DNA of 64,000 bases from Promethearchaeota archaeon (GCA_030599585.1 JAUVNS010000001.1:256001-320000), one strand, 5' to 3'; numbered from the stretch's first letter, positions 9,868-19,718 are shown. The notes: generated by a model from the letters alone, not told the origin. Made by a program: numbers and translations.

Positions 9868-10053
9868 GTTTTTCTATTCACTTTTTTCTTATTATTTTTA
9901 TATAGATAGTAATAACTATTGCTATTTGTTATTAATAAAGATTTCAACATTCTAAAAATAGAAGCTTCAAGCAAAAGAAAAAAAGAAATTGTTAAACGAG
10001 AATTAATAAAAAAAAAGTGGAAAGTGAAACTTTTCCATAATTGAGAATTTTAT

Positions 10054-12030
10054 CTATAGAATTATGATTGGTGGTGGATCGGGGTCATCAGGTGCTTCTT
10101 GGATAGATACAGATGAATCGAACGAGTATTGTATCCCTGCTCCATTTGTTACTATTATCAAAATGACATGTACACCAAGAGTATCCGGTACAGGAATGTG
10201 TTCGTAAATTTTAGAACCCAATCCTCCTAAATTAGTTTCAAAAACGTACGTGACCTCATCAATTTTAATTGTTACTTCTTCAATCCCCGAGTCTGGATCT
10301 CCGACTTCTACTAACCATTCTCCAGGATCTTCATCTGTTGCTTCCCCAGAGTAATCAAGATAAATTGTTGGCGGGGATATATCTATACCAAATATTGGAT
10401 CAAAGATAATTTCTTTTATTTCCACATAATAGCTAGATTCTTGGTCTCCCTCATAGTCATTGTCGTTATTAATTGAAATAACCTCTATCATGTGAGATCC
10501 AATAGAAGTAGGAGTTATAACTCCTCCAGTTTCCCCAGTATAAGAAATTGATAGTATACCGCCTAGATTTTCATCATGGATCATTTCAAAACCATTAACT
10601 AAAATAAGTACGTCATCAATCCCCGATTCAACATCAGTAATATATACATTCCACCACCCAGGATCGTAATCTGTTCCTGATCCGACATACAAAACTTCTA
10701 TTGTTGGTGGAGTAGTGTCATCGTCCTCTATATGTGTAGTAAGAGTTTCTTCGATCCAAAAATCTCCATATTTGGCTGCTACTTTAATGAAATGGTCACC
10801 TGCCAAAATTGGAAGAGCAAATCTAAAAGACCATGAATGTATTGGTGTTTGAAACTGTTCATGAATTTGTGGAAAAGGATTACTACCCACATAGATCACC
10901 ACTTCCATAAGATGAGCACCAATTACATCCACTAACCAAGCGCCGGTGTCAAAATCCATTCCTGATCCTTCATAAACAATCGAAATTAATGGATAATAAG
11001 GTTCTATTTCTACTGAATCAGCTATGGTTCGTTCTAATCCACTTAAATTCTTAACTTTTACTACAATTGAGTGAGTTCCTAGTTCAATTGGGACAGAAAA
11101 TAGATAATCAATTACAGATGTAATGCCATTAAGATCTTTTTCATATATTTTTATTAACCCATCAACGAAAATTTCAACTTCATCAACCCCGGATTCACTA
11201 TCCTCAATAGAAACGATCCAATCACCTGGGTTGATTTCATTATTTTCACCTTGATACACAATATTAATTATAGGAGCTGTTGTATCTTCTAAAATTTCAA
11301 CCCAATCAGTTTCTGTAGCTATTTCTTGATCCCATTCGTGATCATTATCATCGTTTATCGCAGTTACGACAATCATGTGTGTATTTATTACAAGTGGTAA
11401 TGGGATATCATTATAGGTTAGTGATAAGAGCCCTCCTAAATTCTGATCGTTTATGTAGACAATTCCATTAATTTCTATTAAAACCTCATTAATTCCAGAT
11501 TCAAGATCTTCGATGACTATGTGCCATACCCCTAAATTGGCTAAGTAATGCCCTCCTTCATATATTATTGAAATTGTTGGTGGAGTCTTATCATCATCAT
11601 AAACTGAGAATGGATTAATTTGGTCTAAAATTAGATCACATTCAATAATGAAATTTGCTCTTAAATTGCTACAAGTAACCCAGGCTTGATCATAAACTCC
11701 ATTTCCCCAAGGAATTCCATGTTCGTCTTGCTTTAATCCTGTTAATTTAGGTTTGATATCGTGGAGTAGTTTATTATATGCTTCCTTGAAATTCTCTTCT
11801 TCGATCAATTGCTGTAATTCAGTTAATTTGTTACAAATAGTTGATTTCCTGTTTTGAGCTGGTTTTTTCCAAGAATCTTCAGGGGAGTTACGAATCGTCT
11901 CCTTAAATTCTTCTATAGTAAAAGTGAAATCGTCCGTCGTTGCTTTTCCGAATGTTATGAATGAGCCAAATACAAAAATAGTTAAAATTGCTAAAAGAAT
12001 GTAACTTTCCTTATTTACTCTTGTTTTCAT
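10054..12030 (-). CDS. Secreted protein with about 5 Ig-like repeats
   Basis: Signal peptide; repeated DxTPPTIxIxYxG...PGxWxVxIxDxESGIxEV units; ends PDDPDPPPIIIL. Confidence 0.75.
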   Translation of the reverse strand: MKTRVNKESYILLAILTIFVFGSFITFGKATTDDFTFTIEEFKETIRNSPEDSWKKPAQNRKSTICNKLTELQQLIEEENFKEAYNKLLHDIKPKLTGLKQDEHGIPWGNGVYDQAWVTCSNLRANFIIECDLILDQINPFSVYDDDKTPPTISIIYEGGHYLANLGVWHIVIEDLESGINEVLIEINGIVYINDQNLGGLLSLTYNDIPLPLVINTHMIVVTAINDDNDHEWDQEIATETDWVEILEDTTAPIINIVYQGENNEINPGDWIVSIEDSESGVDEVEIFVDGLIKIYEKDLNGITSVIDYLFSVPIELGTHSIVVKVKNLSGLERTIADSVEIEPYYPLISIVYEGSGMDFDTGAWLVDVIGAHLMEVVIYVGSNPFPQIHEQFQTPIHSWSFRFALPILAGDHFIKVAAKYGDFWIEETLTTHIEDDDTTPPTIEVLYVGSGTDYDPGWWNVYITDVESGIDDVLILVNGFEMIHDENLGGILSISYTGETGGVITPTSIGSHMIEVISINNDNDYEGDQESSYYVEIKEIIFDPIFGIDISPPTIYLDYSGEATDEDPGEWLVEVGDPDSGIEEVTIKIDEVTYVFETNLGGLGSKIYEHIPVPDTLGVHVILIIVTNGAGIQYSFDSSVSIQEAPDDPDPPPIIIL

Positions 12031-12231
12031 TTTAATTTCGCCTAAAATTTATGTTAGATTATGAATAATTATCACAAACTATTATTTAACATTTTTGTTA
12101 AAAAACGAGCGATATATTAATTAGAAAGGATAAAAATTGTTTTTGAAATTATGGAATCGGGTTGTTTAAAGAATTATTCATAAATAGTCAATCCAAGTTA
12201 TATGAAGAGAGTAAAAAAAAAGAAAAAAAAT

Positions 12232-12738
12232 TTAGGGTGTTGGCAAAGATGCAAGTACGCTTGTATATGCACTTAGGAACAAAACTGCTAACCCAGTAAG
12301 AACATTCAACATTAATGTGAGCATATTGAGCGTCTGATTCTGTTTTGGAGTGAATTTTTTAACTCTATCCACAATTAAACTGCGGAACACACTTAAAGTT
12401 ATCATAACAAAGTATAATATGTGTTTGATACTCAAGAGAGTCGAATATTCCGTTCCAAAGCTCAAGAAGCCCGTATACAAACCAGATGCCGCGGCTTGTC
12501 TTGCCATAAAGAACCCGGTAATTATCAAACCAGCCATACTAATGTAGGTTAACAAACTAAGCTTTTTCTTTATCAAAGCATTTAACGCTTTAGTTTCTTT
12601 GGATTTACCAAGAATTTTCCTGACTGCAGGTAAAACGGAAAATGCGAGCGCCAACATGCCTCCAATCCACATCGCAGTAAATGTACTGTGGAGGAAGGAA
12701 ATCAACACTGGAGCTATTACAGCACTTATAGGAACCAT
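12232..12738 (-). CDS. CopD/DUF4149-like membrane protein
   Basis: FLHSTFTAMWIGGM...LSIKH pattern; 4 TM. Confidence 0.7.
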   Translation of the reverse strand: MVPISAVIAPVLISFLHSTFTAMWIGGMLALAFSVLPAVRKILGKSKETKALNALIKKKLSLLTYISMAGLIITGFFMARQAAASGLYTGFLSFGTEYSTLLSIKHILYFVMITLSVFRSLIVDRVKKFTPKQNQTLNMLTLMLNVLTGLAVLFLSAYTSVLASLPTP

Positions 12739-12816
12739 AATGATCGTTTAATATTTTATTTTTATTTTAATTGATATTTAATTAACTAAAATTAATCAAC
12801 TCATAATTTTGTTTTC

Positions 12817-12879
12817 CTTTACGGGTAAAGTTTTTTTGAAAACGACTTTTTTGGTATAAATACTTTAGCTTACCAGTAA
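12817..12879. promoter_or_regulatory. Two palindromic operator-like sites, CTTTACGGGTAAAG (12817-12830) and TTACCAGTAA (12870-12879)
   Basis: Inverted repeats TTAC-N2-GTAA in the divergent copD-like / 4Fe-4S gene intergenic region. Confidence 0.45.
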
Positions 12880-12950
12880 AGGGATAAATTTGACTTCAAT
12901 TACTTATTCAAATTTATTACCTAAACTACAAATAAATAGAGATTCTCAAG

Positions 12951-13790
12951 ATGATTTTTCAACACGGAATAGACTTTACTCACGGCTCAACACTTCCCAT
13001 GTTTTTATTGTGGATAGTTGTATTTGTCGTAGCCTTACTTCTAATAAATAAAGGCAAATTGAATAAAACATACAGCTTAATTATTTATACAGTAGTAGTC
13101 GTTCTTGGAGGCGTTATCCTAGGTAGTGTTCCTAATTTGAATTTATCAATTCAAACTCTCCTTCCTGCTATTGGAGTGGGTGCTCCCTTTAATGTTATGC
13201 TCCCTCTGATAATAGTTTTGCTTTTATTGTTACTCACTGTTTTCTTATTTGGACGCATACTTTGTGGTTTTGCTTGCCCAGTGGGGGCACTACAAGAATT
13301 GATTTCACAAATTAACTTTAAGTCAAATATCAAAAAACAGAAGAATGTAAAATATAAAATTGATATCTCACTTAAAACCGCCACTATTATTCGGTGGATT
13401 TTCTTTGGAGTTATAACCGTATTAGCAATTGTTTGGAGCTTTTCATTACTACAAATAATCAACCCTTTCGCAGGTTTTAATATTTTTACAAACCCTCTTG
13501 CTCCTCTGTTTTTGATTCCTGGAATTACTTTAATAACAGTAATAATTGCGAGTTTTTTTATATATCGGCCTTGGTGCAGACTTTTCTGTCCATTTGGAGC
13601 TTTGACTTCCTTGGTAGGTCGTTTTACTCGATATAAATACGTAAGAACAGAAGACTGCAATGACTGTGGATTGTGTGAAACAATTTGTCCTACTCATCAA
13701 GCCGAACGAGATAGTAAAAAGCGAGAATGTTATTATTGTAATAGATGCGTTACCGTTTGTCCTCAGAACGCGATCAAACTTGGAAAATAA
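12951..13790 (+). CDS. Membrane 4Fe-4S binding protein (NapH/YccM-like)
   Basis: GRILCGFACPVGALQE and RPWCRLFCPFG motifs; two C-terminal CxxCxxCxxxCP motifs. Confidence 0.9.
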   Translation: MIFQHGIDFTHGSTLPMFLLWIVVFVVALLLINKGKLNKTYSLIIYTVVVVLGGVILGSVPNLNLSIQTLLPAIGVGAPFNVMLPLIIVLLLLLLTVFLFGRILCGFACPVGALQELISQINFKSNIKKQKNVKYKIDISLKTATIIRWIFFGVITVLAIVWSFSLLQIINPFAGFNIFTNPLAPLFLIPGITLITVIIASFFIYRPWCRLFCPFGALTSLVGRFTRYKYVRTEDCNDCGLCETICPTHQAERDSKKRECYYCNRCVTVCPQNAIKLGK

Positions 13791-13951
13791 TTGAATTCAA
13801 CTTTTTTTGATCTTTTTTTTCATTTCTATTTATAAATATTTGGGTTATCTGTTTATCCATGCCTTTGATACAAACAAGCTATTTTTGAATTAATTCTTTA
13901 TAGAAATTCTTTATTATTATGAGTATATATCGTTAGAAGATCGGTAATAGC

Positions 13952-14083
13952 ATGAAAAAATTAGCAGAACAACTAAAAAAAATTGATTTAGAACTACCTA
14001 AATGGACCCGAGAAGTTCTTTTTGAACATTTAGTGGAAGTGTGCAAAGATATTAAACAAAATGGAGAATTAAAAAGAGCCTAG
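13952..14083 (+). CDS. Small hypothetical protein, 43 aa (MKKLAEQLKKIDLELPKWTREVLFEHLVEVCKDIKQNGELKRA)
   Basis: Hand translation; protein-like composition; T-rich terminator follows. Confidence 0.5.
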   Translation: MKKLAEQLKKIDLELPKWTREVLFEHLVEVCKDIKQNGELKRA

Positions 14084-14180
14084 CACTATTTTCATCTTTC
14101 TTTTTCCAATTTCGTTAGAAGAGTTAGAATTTTTTATCTTATTTATTAAATTATAAAAATCAAATCTTTTCCGAATCTAT

Positions 14181-14666
14181 TCATTCTGTGATTTCTATAA
14201 ATTTCCATCGTGTTGGGGTTCTTGCATAATCGTTCATATCCCAACAAAAAACTTTGGTTTTGTTTACCCGATAAAATGGAGGAGGATGATCTAAATTGTA
14301 TTTTCTCATATAATCCAATTTAATCTCCTTAATAACATTTTCATTTTTTTCAATTGAAACTTTCCCTTCTATTATAACAACCTTCGTCCCACTTTCTGAG
14401 TGAACAACAATATGGGGATTTTCAGCTAAATTTTTACGATTTTGTGTTTCTGAACCTCCCCCAAAATAAAAAATATCATTAATCCAGGATCCCCATATAG
14501 GAATTGCGTGCGGATGATTATCTGATTTTGTAGTACTTAACCAATAATTTTTTGCATCCTTCATCTCATTTTGTACAAAATCCCAAGCTAATAATCCGTT
14601 ATCTGATTCTTCTATACCATAATCAGCTATATATGGACGATCACGTAATTTTTTTTGCTTCATCAT
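14181..14666 (-). CDS. Pyridoxamine 5'-phosphate oxidase-family protein
   Basis: NYWLSTTKSDNHPHAIPIWG...KNLAENPHIVVH...PTRW. Confidence 0.85.
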   Translation of the reverse strand: MMKQKKLRDRPYIADYGIEESDNGLLAWDFVQNEMKDAKNYWLSTTKSDNHPHAIPIWGSWINDIFYFGGGSETQNRKNLAENPHIVVHSESGTKVVIIEGKVSIEKNENVIKEIKLDYMRKYNLDHPPPFYRVNKTKVFCWDMNDYARTPTRWKFIEITE

Positions 14667-14773
14667 TTAACTCGTGGTTTTTCTGTAATTTTAGTTTTAT
14701 CCTTTACTATCTTCATAGTATTCATAGTAATCTAAAACATTAGTCATCACTGAGTTTTGCATTCACTCCATTT

Positions 14774-14787
14774 TTTTTCTTTATAAG
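14774..14787 (+). promoter_or_regulatory. Pyrimidine-BRE/TATA motif TTTTTCTTTATAAG upstream of the radA paralog
   Basis: Read directly; divergent intergenic region. Confidence 0.6.
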
Positions 14788-14843
14788 TAAAAGAATTCAA
14801 TGTGATATAATCTCAAATTACAAATAGGAGTTGATAGTAAAAA

Positions 14844-16082
14844 ATTTCAGACTTAGACCAAGTAAAGTCGATCAACGCTCGGCAAATTAAACTCCTTCAA
14901 GAAAGTGGAATTAGCACGGCAGAAGCGCTGGCTATGTCGCCACATAATATCATATCGGAGATTGATGGATTAGGCGATAAGACAGCGAAGAAATTAATTT
15001 GGAACGCCCGAAATGCTCTTGGGATGACCGAGTTCATAACAGCAGAAGACATAGACGAGAACACCGAGTATATTACTACCGGTTCTTCTGAGCTAAATAG
15101 AATATTGGGCGGTGGATTCCAAACAGGAAAACTCACCGAGGTATACGGTCCGTTTAAAAGCGGAAAAACTAATTTAGCTCACACGATTGCTGTGACCATT
15201 CAACTTTCGAAGAAACAAGGGGGTCTTGGATCTGCTGTCGCTTACATTGATACTGAAAATACTTTTGCGAAAGAAAAAATTAAAAGAATCGCGAAGAGAT
15301 TTGGACTCGATCCAAAAAAGGTTCTCTCGCAAATCTTTCACGCTAGGATTTATTCAAGTGACCACCAAATGCAAATGATTCAAAAAGCAGAGACCTTATG
15401 TAAGACTAGGAATGTGCGGTTGATCGTAGTAGATAGTTTAATGGCGCTAATGAGGGTAGAATACATTGGAATTGGAATGCTAGCTCGTCGTCAGGGCGTT
15501 CTCAATAACATGATACACGGCCTTTCTCGAATCGCGGAAACCTATAACTGCGCTATTCTTCTTACAAATCAAGTTTCAGTTAGCATGAAAGGAATGTTCT
15601 CTGCTAACGATGCTATTGGCGGAAATATCGTCGCACACGGATGTCATTTTAGGGTCATGTTTAAGACAAAAGGTTTTTCTTCCAATAACTCGTTAAAACG
15701 GAGAGCGATAATAGTTGATGCCCCTGACTTACCACCAGAAGAAGCGGAGTTTTATATTACGAGCGTAGGCATTGCTGACACCGAAAAAGGAGAAGTTCCC
15801 GAAGCAAAAGGGTTAGATTTCGAAGTAGAAGCGCTATACGAAGAAGAGGAAATTCAAGAAGTCGGAATTACTGAGGATGCGACTAACTCAGGAGAATATT
15901 CCTTAATCGATGTGAAAGGAATCGGGGGTGGCACTGCAAAAAACCTTATTAAAAACGGTGTTGCTTCAGTTGATGACTTACTTAATTCCGATCCAGAAAC
16001 ACTCGCTACTAAAATCAGCGGAATCTCTTCTAAAATGATTAATGAATGGCAAACGAACGCAAAAGCTCTTTTAAGCGCTTAA
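14844..16082 (+). CDS. radA: DNA recombinase RadA (divergent paralog) with an extra C-terminal HhH domain; probable start ATT at 14844 rather than ATG at 14934
   Basis: ITTGSSELNRILGGG, GPFKSGKT, YIDTENTF, LIVVDSL, TNQV and IGGNIVAH motifs. In-frame upstream sequence ISDLDQVKSINARQIKLLQESGISTAEALAM completes the N-terminal HhH domain. Confidence 0.9.
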   Translation: MSDLDQVKSINARQIKLLQESGISTAEALAMSPHNIISEIDGLGDKTAKKLIWNARNALGMTEFITAEDIDENTEYITTGSSELNRILGGGFQTGKLTEVYGPFKSGKTNLAHTIAVTIQLSKKQGGLGSAVAYIDTENTFAKEKIKRIAKRFGLDPKKVLSQIFHARIYSSDHQMQMIQKAETLCKTRNVRLIVVDSLMALMRVEYIGIGMLARRQGVLNNMIHGLSRIAETYNCAILLTNQVSVSMKGMFSANDAIGGNIVAHGCHFRVMFKTKGFSSNNSLKRRAIIVDAPDLPPEEAEFYITSVGIADTEKGEVPEAKGLDFEVEALYEEEEIQEVGITEDATNSGEYSLIDVKGIGGGTAKNLIKNGVASVDDLLNSDPETLATKISGISSKMINEWQTNAKALLSA

Positions 16083-16206
16083 ATTTTACTCTTTTTTTTT
16101 TATTGTTTTATTTGTTTTCTTTTTTAACAGTAATCTAATTCAAAATCAAATTATTTGCCACTGCAAAGAAAAGCAACATTACCTCGTTTTTGTTTAGTCA
16201 TCTTAC

Positions 16207-16388
16207 TTAACCAACTCCATAAAAGTTCTCCAAAACAAAAATAACACAGGCGATAATTATCATAATTACGATACAGAATTTAGCGCAATTATTCAAATCT
16301 CTCCATTCTTCTATTAACCTCATAACAATTTCACCACTCCTCGTCTTTTATCTTCTTCATATTCTAAAGGTCTTACTTGATTTACCAT
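16207..16388 (-). pseudogene. Split tandem paralog of 16418-16657: MVNQVRPLEYEED... (16320-16388), then a 38-aa TM ORF (16207-16323) with an ATGA overlap
   Basis: N-terminus nearly identical to MVKQVKPLEYEED; similar C-terminal TM helix in another frame. Confidence 0.5.
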
Positions 16389-16417
16389 TCCATTTCTCAT
16401 CCCCTTCAAATATTATA

Positions 16418-16657
16418 TTATCCATGCAATACTAAAAATAATAACTGCGGAGAGAGTAGTATCACGATTAATATGATTATACCGATTATAAGGAAACATA
16501 AACATTCTTGATTACCAGTTTTCTCATACCACTGTTTACTTCCTGGAGTTTTACTGCGTTCTTCTACTACTGGTTTATATTCCACTCTTTCCTTTTTTTC
16601 TTCTACTCTTGTGTATCCATCTTCCTCATACTCTAAAGGTTTTACTTGTTTTACCAT
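16418..16657 (-). CDS. Small tail-anchored hypothetical protein
   Basis: ORF track; charged N-terminus and single C-terminal TM. Confidence 0.65.
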   Translation of the reverse strand: MVKQVKPLEYEEDGYTRVEEKKERVEYKPVVEERSKTPGSKQWYEKTGNQECLCFLIIGIIILIVILLSPQLLFLVLHG

Positions 16658-16736
16658 TATATCGGCCTCTTTTACTTGTTTTTAAGCAACTAATAAATAG
16701 TATTCATTATATGAATCAACTATAGTTGTAATTGAT

Positions 16737-16790
16737 ATATAAAGCTTATACTAAAATTAACGAGTAAATTCCTATTTTTACCGGTTATTT
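16737..16790 (-). repeat. 54-bp upstream element, copy 1 (copy 2 at 17551-17604)
   Basis: Ungapped alignment, 45/54 identical by hand; contains a TATA box (CTTTATAT on the minus strand) and two TTAC-N2-GTAA-like boxes. Confidence 0.7.
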
Positions 16791-16803
16791 TTTTCCATAT
16801 CTC

Positions 16804-17514
16804 TCATTCTGGCCATTGAAATTCGTTTAATATTGTAAGGAGTTTATCTCCAATATTATCTTTTTTAGATATGTTAATAGTTATTTTTGTTTTTTGAGGT
16901 ACAAGGTAACTTAATTTTTTTATTTTTGAACCAGTTGTGAACCGGATTAATTTATAAAGATTTTTAATTGGAATCGAGTATCCATAACATGATTTTGAAC
17001 TCGATATATAATGTTTCAAAGCTTTCTTGGGATTCTTAGTGGAACCACCGCCAAATTCTAAAATTGCTTGTCCTGTGGATAAGTCAAGATCAAAGCCTAA
17101 TTTTCCTTGAGCAATTATTCGACGATTAGTTACATAAAAGGTTCCATTAATTATCCTAATAACATACTTTTTGGGGACTTTTAGTTTTAATGTCCCATAA
17201 AATTCATGTTTTATCTGTTCTCCTTCATCTAGGCAGAACTTCTCCAAAATATATTTATCCATTACTCGCATTCCTTCGTTTCTATAAATCTTACCAAATT
17301 TACGCCTTATTTTTGGATAAATCTTTAACATGAAAAACGCAGGTGCTTGTTGATAAATATCTCCTATTACATCGAAAAATTCAAAATCAGAAAGAGAGTT
17401 ATCAATGTGCAAATCAAATAAATTATTACACAATTCTGACACATTTCTCTTTTCAAGAGCTTTCTCAATCCTAATTATATACTGATTTGATGTATTTTTT
17501 TCAATAATCGTCAT
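16804..17514 (-). CDS. Hypothetical protein with a PH/GRAM-like domain
   Basis: LDEGEQI...GTFYVTNRRIIAQG...IPIKNL pattern. Confidence 0.6.
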   Translation of the reverse strand: MTIIEKNTSNQYIIRIEKALEKRNVSELCNNLFDLHIDNSLSDFEFFDVIGDIYQQAPAFFMLKIYPKIRRKFGKIYRNEGMRVMDKYILEKFCLDEGEQIKHEFYGTLKLKVPKKYVIRIINGTFYVTNRRIIAQGKLGFDLDLSTGQAILEFGGGSTKNPKKALKHYISSSKSCYGYSIPIKNLYKLIRFTTGSKIKKLSYLVPQKTKITINISKKDNIGDKLLTILNEFQWPE

Positions 17515-17550
17515 TTTTTTTTATATGGATTAATTATTGTTGAATGTGGA

Positions 17551-17604
17551 ATATAAAGGTTGTACTGAAAATAACGAGTAATTTCATCTTTTTACTGGTA
17601 ATTT
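17551..17604 (-). repeat. 54-bp upstream element, copy 2
   Basis: See copy 1. Confidence 0.7.
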
Positions 17605-17651
17605 CTATATTAAACAAAATTTCATGTCGATTAAAAAAAAGGTTTGAGATC

Positions 17652-18263
17652 TTAAATCAGTGGAAACGAAAGCCACGGGACAATGAGTACAGCCAGCCAA
17701 GAAAGAATGTAGAAAATCCCTGCTAAGACAAAGAATTTATCCTTGAATTTTATTCCATGCACTATCGTTAAAATAGTTGCGGGAATTGACAGATATGATA
17801 ACATCGCTATTGATAAAAGCATCGACATACCGAATAGTAAGGCTATGAATCCAATAGCATATCCGAGGAATGCAATTAACCATAAAATTCCTGATGCGAT
17901 TAAAATCTCCCCATAAGTTTCCTTATTCCGTTTTCCGAGCAAAATTAAAGAAACTCCAAAACAGACTAGCATTGGGATTTGAGATATTATTGTAATTGTT
18001 GTTCCATATATCCTGGCAATTAAAATTTCAGAAGGAGTACACGAACTACAGATTAACGTGGGAAAAGCTATGACAAGAATAGTTAATATTATTCCGATAA
18101 TACCCGCATTCCTCAAAAGCTGAGAAGATTTATTATCTCGAGGTTGATTTCTTGAAGAAAATATAAACATCAAGTAGGCAAGTACGAGAAAAATCCCTTC
18201 AAATAAATCCATAAAGAAGAACATACCAAAAAAATATCCAAAAGTTATTGTCATGGTTTTCAA
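17652..18263 (-). CDS. Hypothetical multi-pass membrane protein
   Basis: ORF track; about 6 hydrophobic helices. Confidence 0.7.
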   Translation of the reverse strand: MKTMTITFGYFFGMFFFMDLFEGIFLVLAYLMFIFSSRNQPRDNKSSQLLRNAGIIGIILTILVIAFPTLICSSCTPSEILIARIYGTTITIISQIPMLVCFGVSLILLGKRNKETYGEILIASGILWLIAFLGYAIGFIALLFGMSMLLSIAMLSYLSIPATILTIVHGIKFKDKFFVLAGIFYILSWLAVLIVPWLSFPLI

Positions 18264-18364
18264 CTTAATTTTTTGTCAATACTGTTCTAATTATTAAAAT
18301 AGAATTATAATATATAAATAAATTATAGAGATGAGAGAAAGAGGAAAAAAAAAGAAAAATGAAT

Positions 18365-19402
18365 TTAATTTGTGCGTAAGCTAACAGAGTCTTTTTTCCG
18401 CCTGACCGCCCCAAAAACTACCAATATAGCCAATAATCCTCCGGCAGAAAGTCCGAAAACAAGCGTCCACTCCATCGGCACGTAAAAATATCCGCTTATA
18501 GTTTCATTAGTAAGTGGTTCCGGTTCAGGGTCGGTTCCGTTGTTAATAGTGCTAATTTGATAATCTTCCGCGATAGCGTAGGCAATGTTTACTACATCAA
18601 CTTGGCAGTAAATCCGAATTTTAACCGTGTAAATTCCTTCCATTGCGGTTCCGAAATCGAAGTGCACTATCGTTCCAACGCTCCCTACTGTTTTGTTTTG
18701 GTAGATCGTAAACTCAAGCCCTTCAGGATCGGTCACATCGTAATATACTCTAACTTCGTTTTCAACAGTTAACCCTCCAATTGCCGAAACTCTTCCGAGG
18801 TAAAATTTGTAGGATTTATCGGTTTTAAGAACGGTGTTATGCTCAACTACCATCCCGTTGGTGAATTTGTTCACTTGATATAATTTCATTTGTTCTAAAA
18901 ATTTTGGTGATATCACGTCGTACAAGCATTTTACTTCCGGGTCAAATGATATTTTTATATGCAAGTTTAATGTAAGTGCACAGGCAACAGAGACGATGAA
19001 TGTGTAGTTTCCAGCGATCGCTGTTCCGAACGGAATTTCGAACCAATCGTCGCTTTGAGAAATGTTAACCTCTGTTTTGAATATTTCGTACACATCCAAA
19101 ATGGGATCGATGATAGTGACGTTGATTTCGCAGTCGTGAGGAGTAACGATCTCAAGTAACACGTAATAATTGACTTTTTCGAGCAAATAAAAGTTTTCAA
19201 ACCTCAATGTGTCGTTAGGAGCTAGAAAAGTAAACACTTTGTCCACTAAATCTTGTTCAGAACTTGTCTTTGGGTTGTATGTTTGATTCGTCACACCTAA
19301 CACCGGGCGAGGATAAGTAGACAGAACGCCAAAAATAGCAAGGCCAGTGATGATCGAAATAACAAAGAGGGGTTTTCTAATTCTTTGCGTATTAATAGCC
19401 AT
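18365..19402 (-). CDS. Secreted, C-terminally anchored beta-sandwich protein
   Basis: Signal peptide, two internal repeats (FGTAIAGNYT / FGTAMEGIYT), C-terminal TM followed by RRKK. Confidence 0.75.
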   Translation of the reverse strand: MAINTQRIRKPLFVISIITGLAIFGVLSTYPRPVLGVTNQTYNPKTSSEQDLVDKVFTFLAPNDTLRFENFYLLEKVNYYVLLEIVTPHDCEINVTIIDPILDVYEIFKTEVNISQSDDWFEIPFGTAIAGNYTFIVSVACALTLNLHIKISFDPEVKCLYDVISPKFLEQMKLYQVNKFTNGMVVEHNTVLKTDKSYKFYLGRVSAIGGLTVENEVRVYYDVTDPEGLEFTIYQNKTVGSVGTIVHFDFGTAMEGIYTVKIRIYCQVDVVNIAYAIAEDYQISTINNGTDPEPEPLTNETISGYFYVPMEWTLVFGLSAGGLLAILVVFGAVRRKKDSVSLRTN

Positions 19403-19718
19403 ACACCTGCAATTCTTTAAATTCAGAAACGAGAATCTTAACGTTTGAGCACTTATCGAAATCGATACAGGTAAAGCACGGTTGGTCCGACCAAAAATAC
19501 GCAGGTTGATTTGTCCTCTCCACGATTAAAAGCGGAAAGCTACCTTTTGGACACTCTAGCGCAGAATTACTTATCTTTCCCTTCTTTGGGATCGGATACG
19601 AAATACCGCACGCATCGCATTTAACGAACCGTTTGTAGTTATTTGTTTTGTACATCATTAGTGAGCACTGGCAGGAGGGGCAAGTGCCTATCTCTTGAAT
19701 CTGTTTCAATTTAAACAC
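19392..19718 (-). CDS. Stand-alone topoisomerase-IA-type C4 zinc-ribbon protein
   Basis: IGTCPSC...KRFVKCDACGISYPIPKKGKI...CPK...PCFTC, resembling the C-terminal Zn ribbons of archaeal TopA. Confidence 0.6.
   Translation of the reverse strand: MFKLKQIQEIGTCPSCQCSLMMYKTNNYKRFVKCDACGISYPIPKKGKISNSALECPKGSFPLLIVERTNQPAYFWSDQPCFTCIDFDKCSNVKILVSEFKELQVYGY

Noticed and set aside
10054-10090. C-terminal PPPIIIL as a CAAX-like prenylation signal linked to the prenyltransferase-fold gene
   Set aside because: There is no cysteine and no evidence of linkage.
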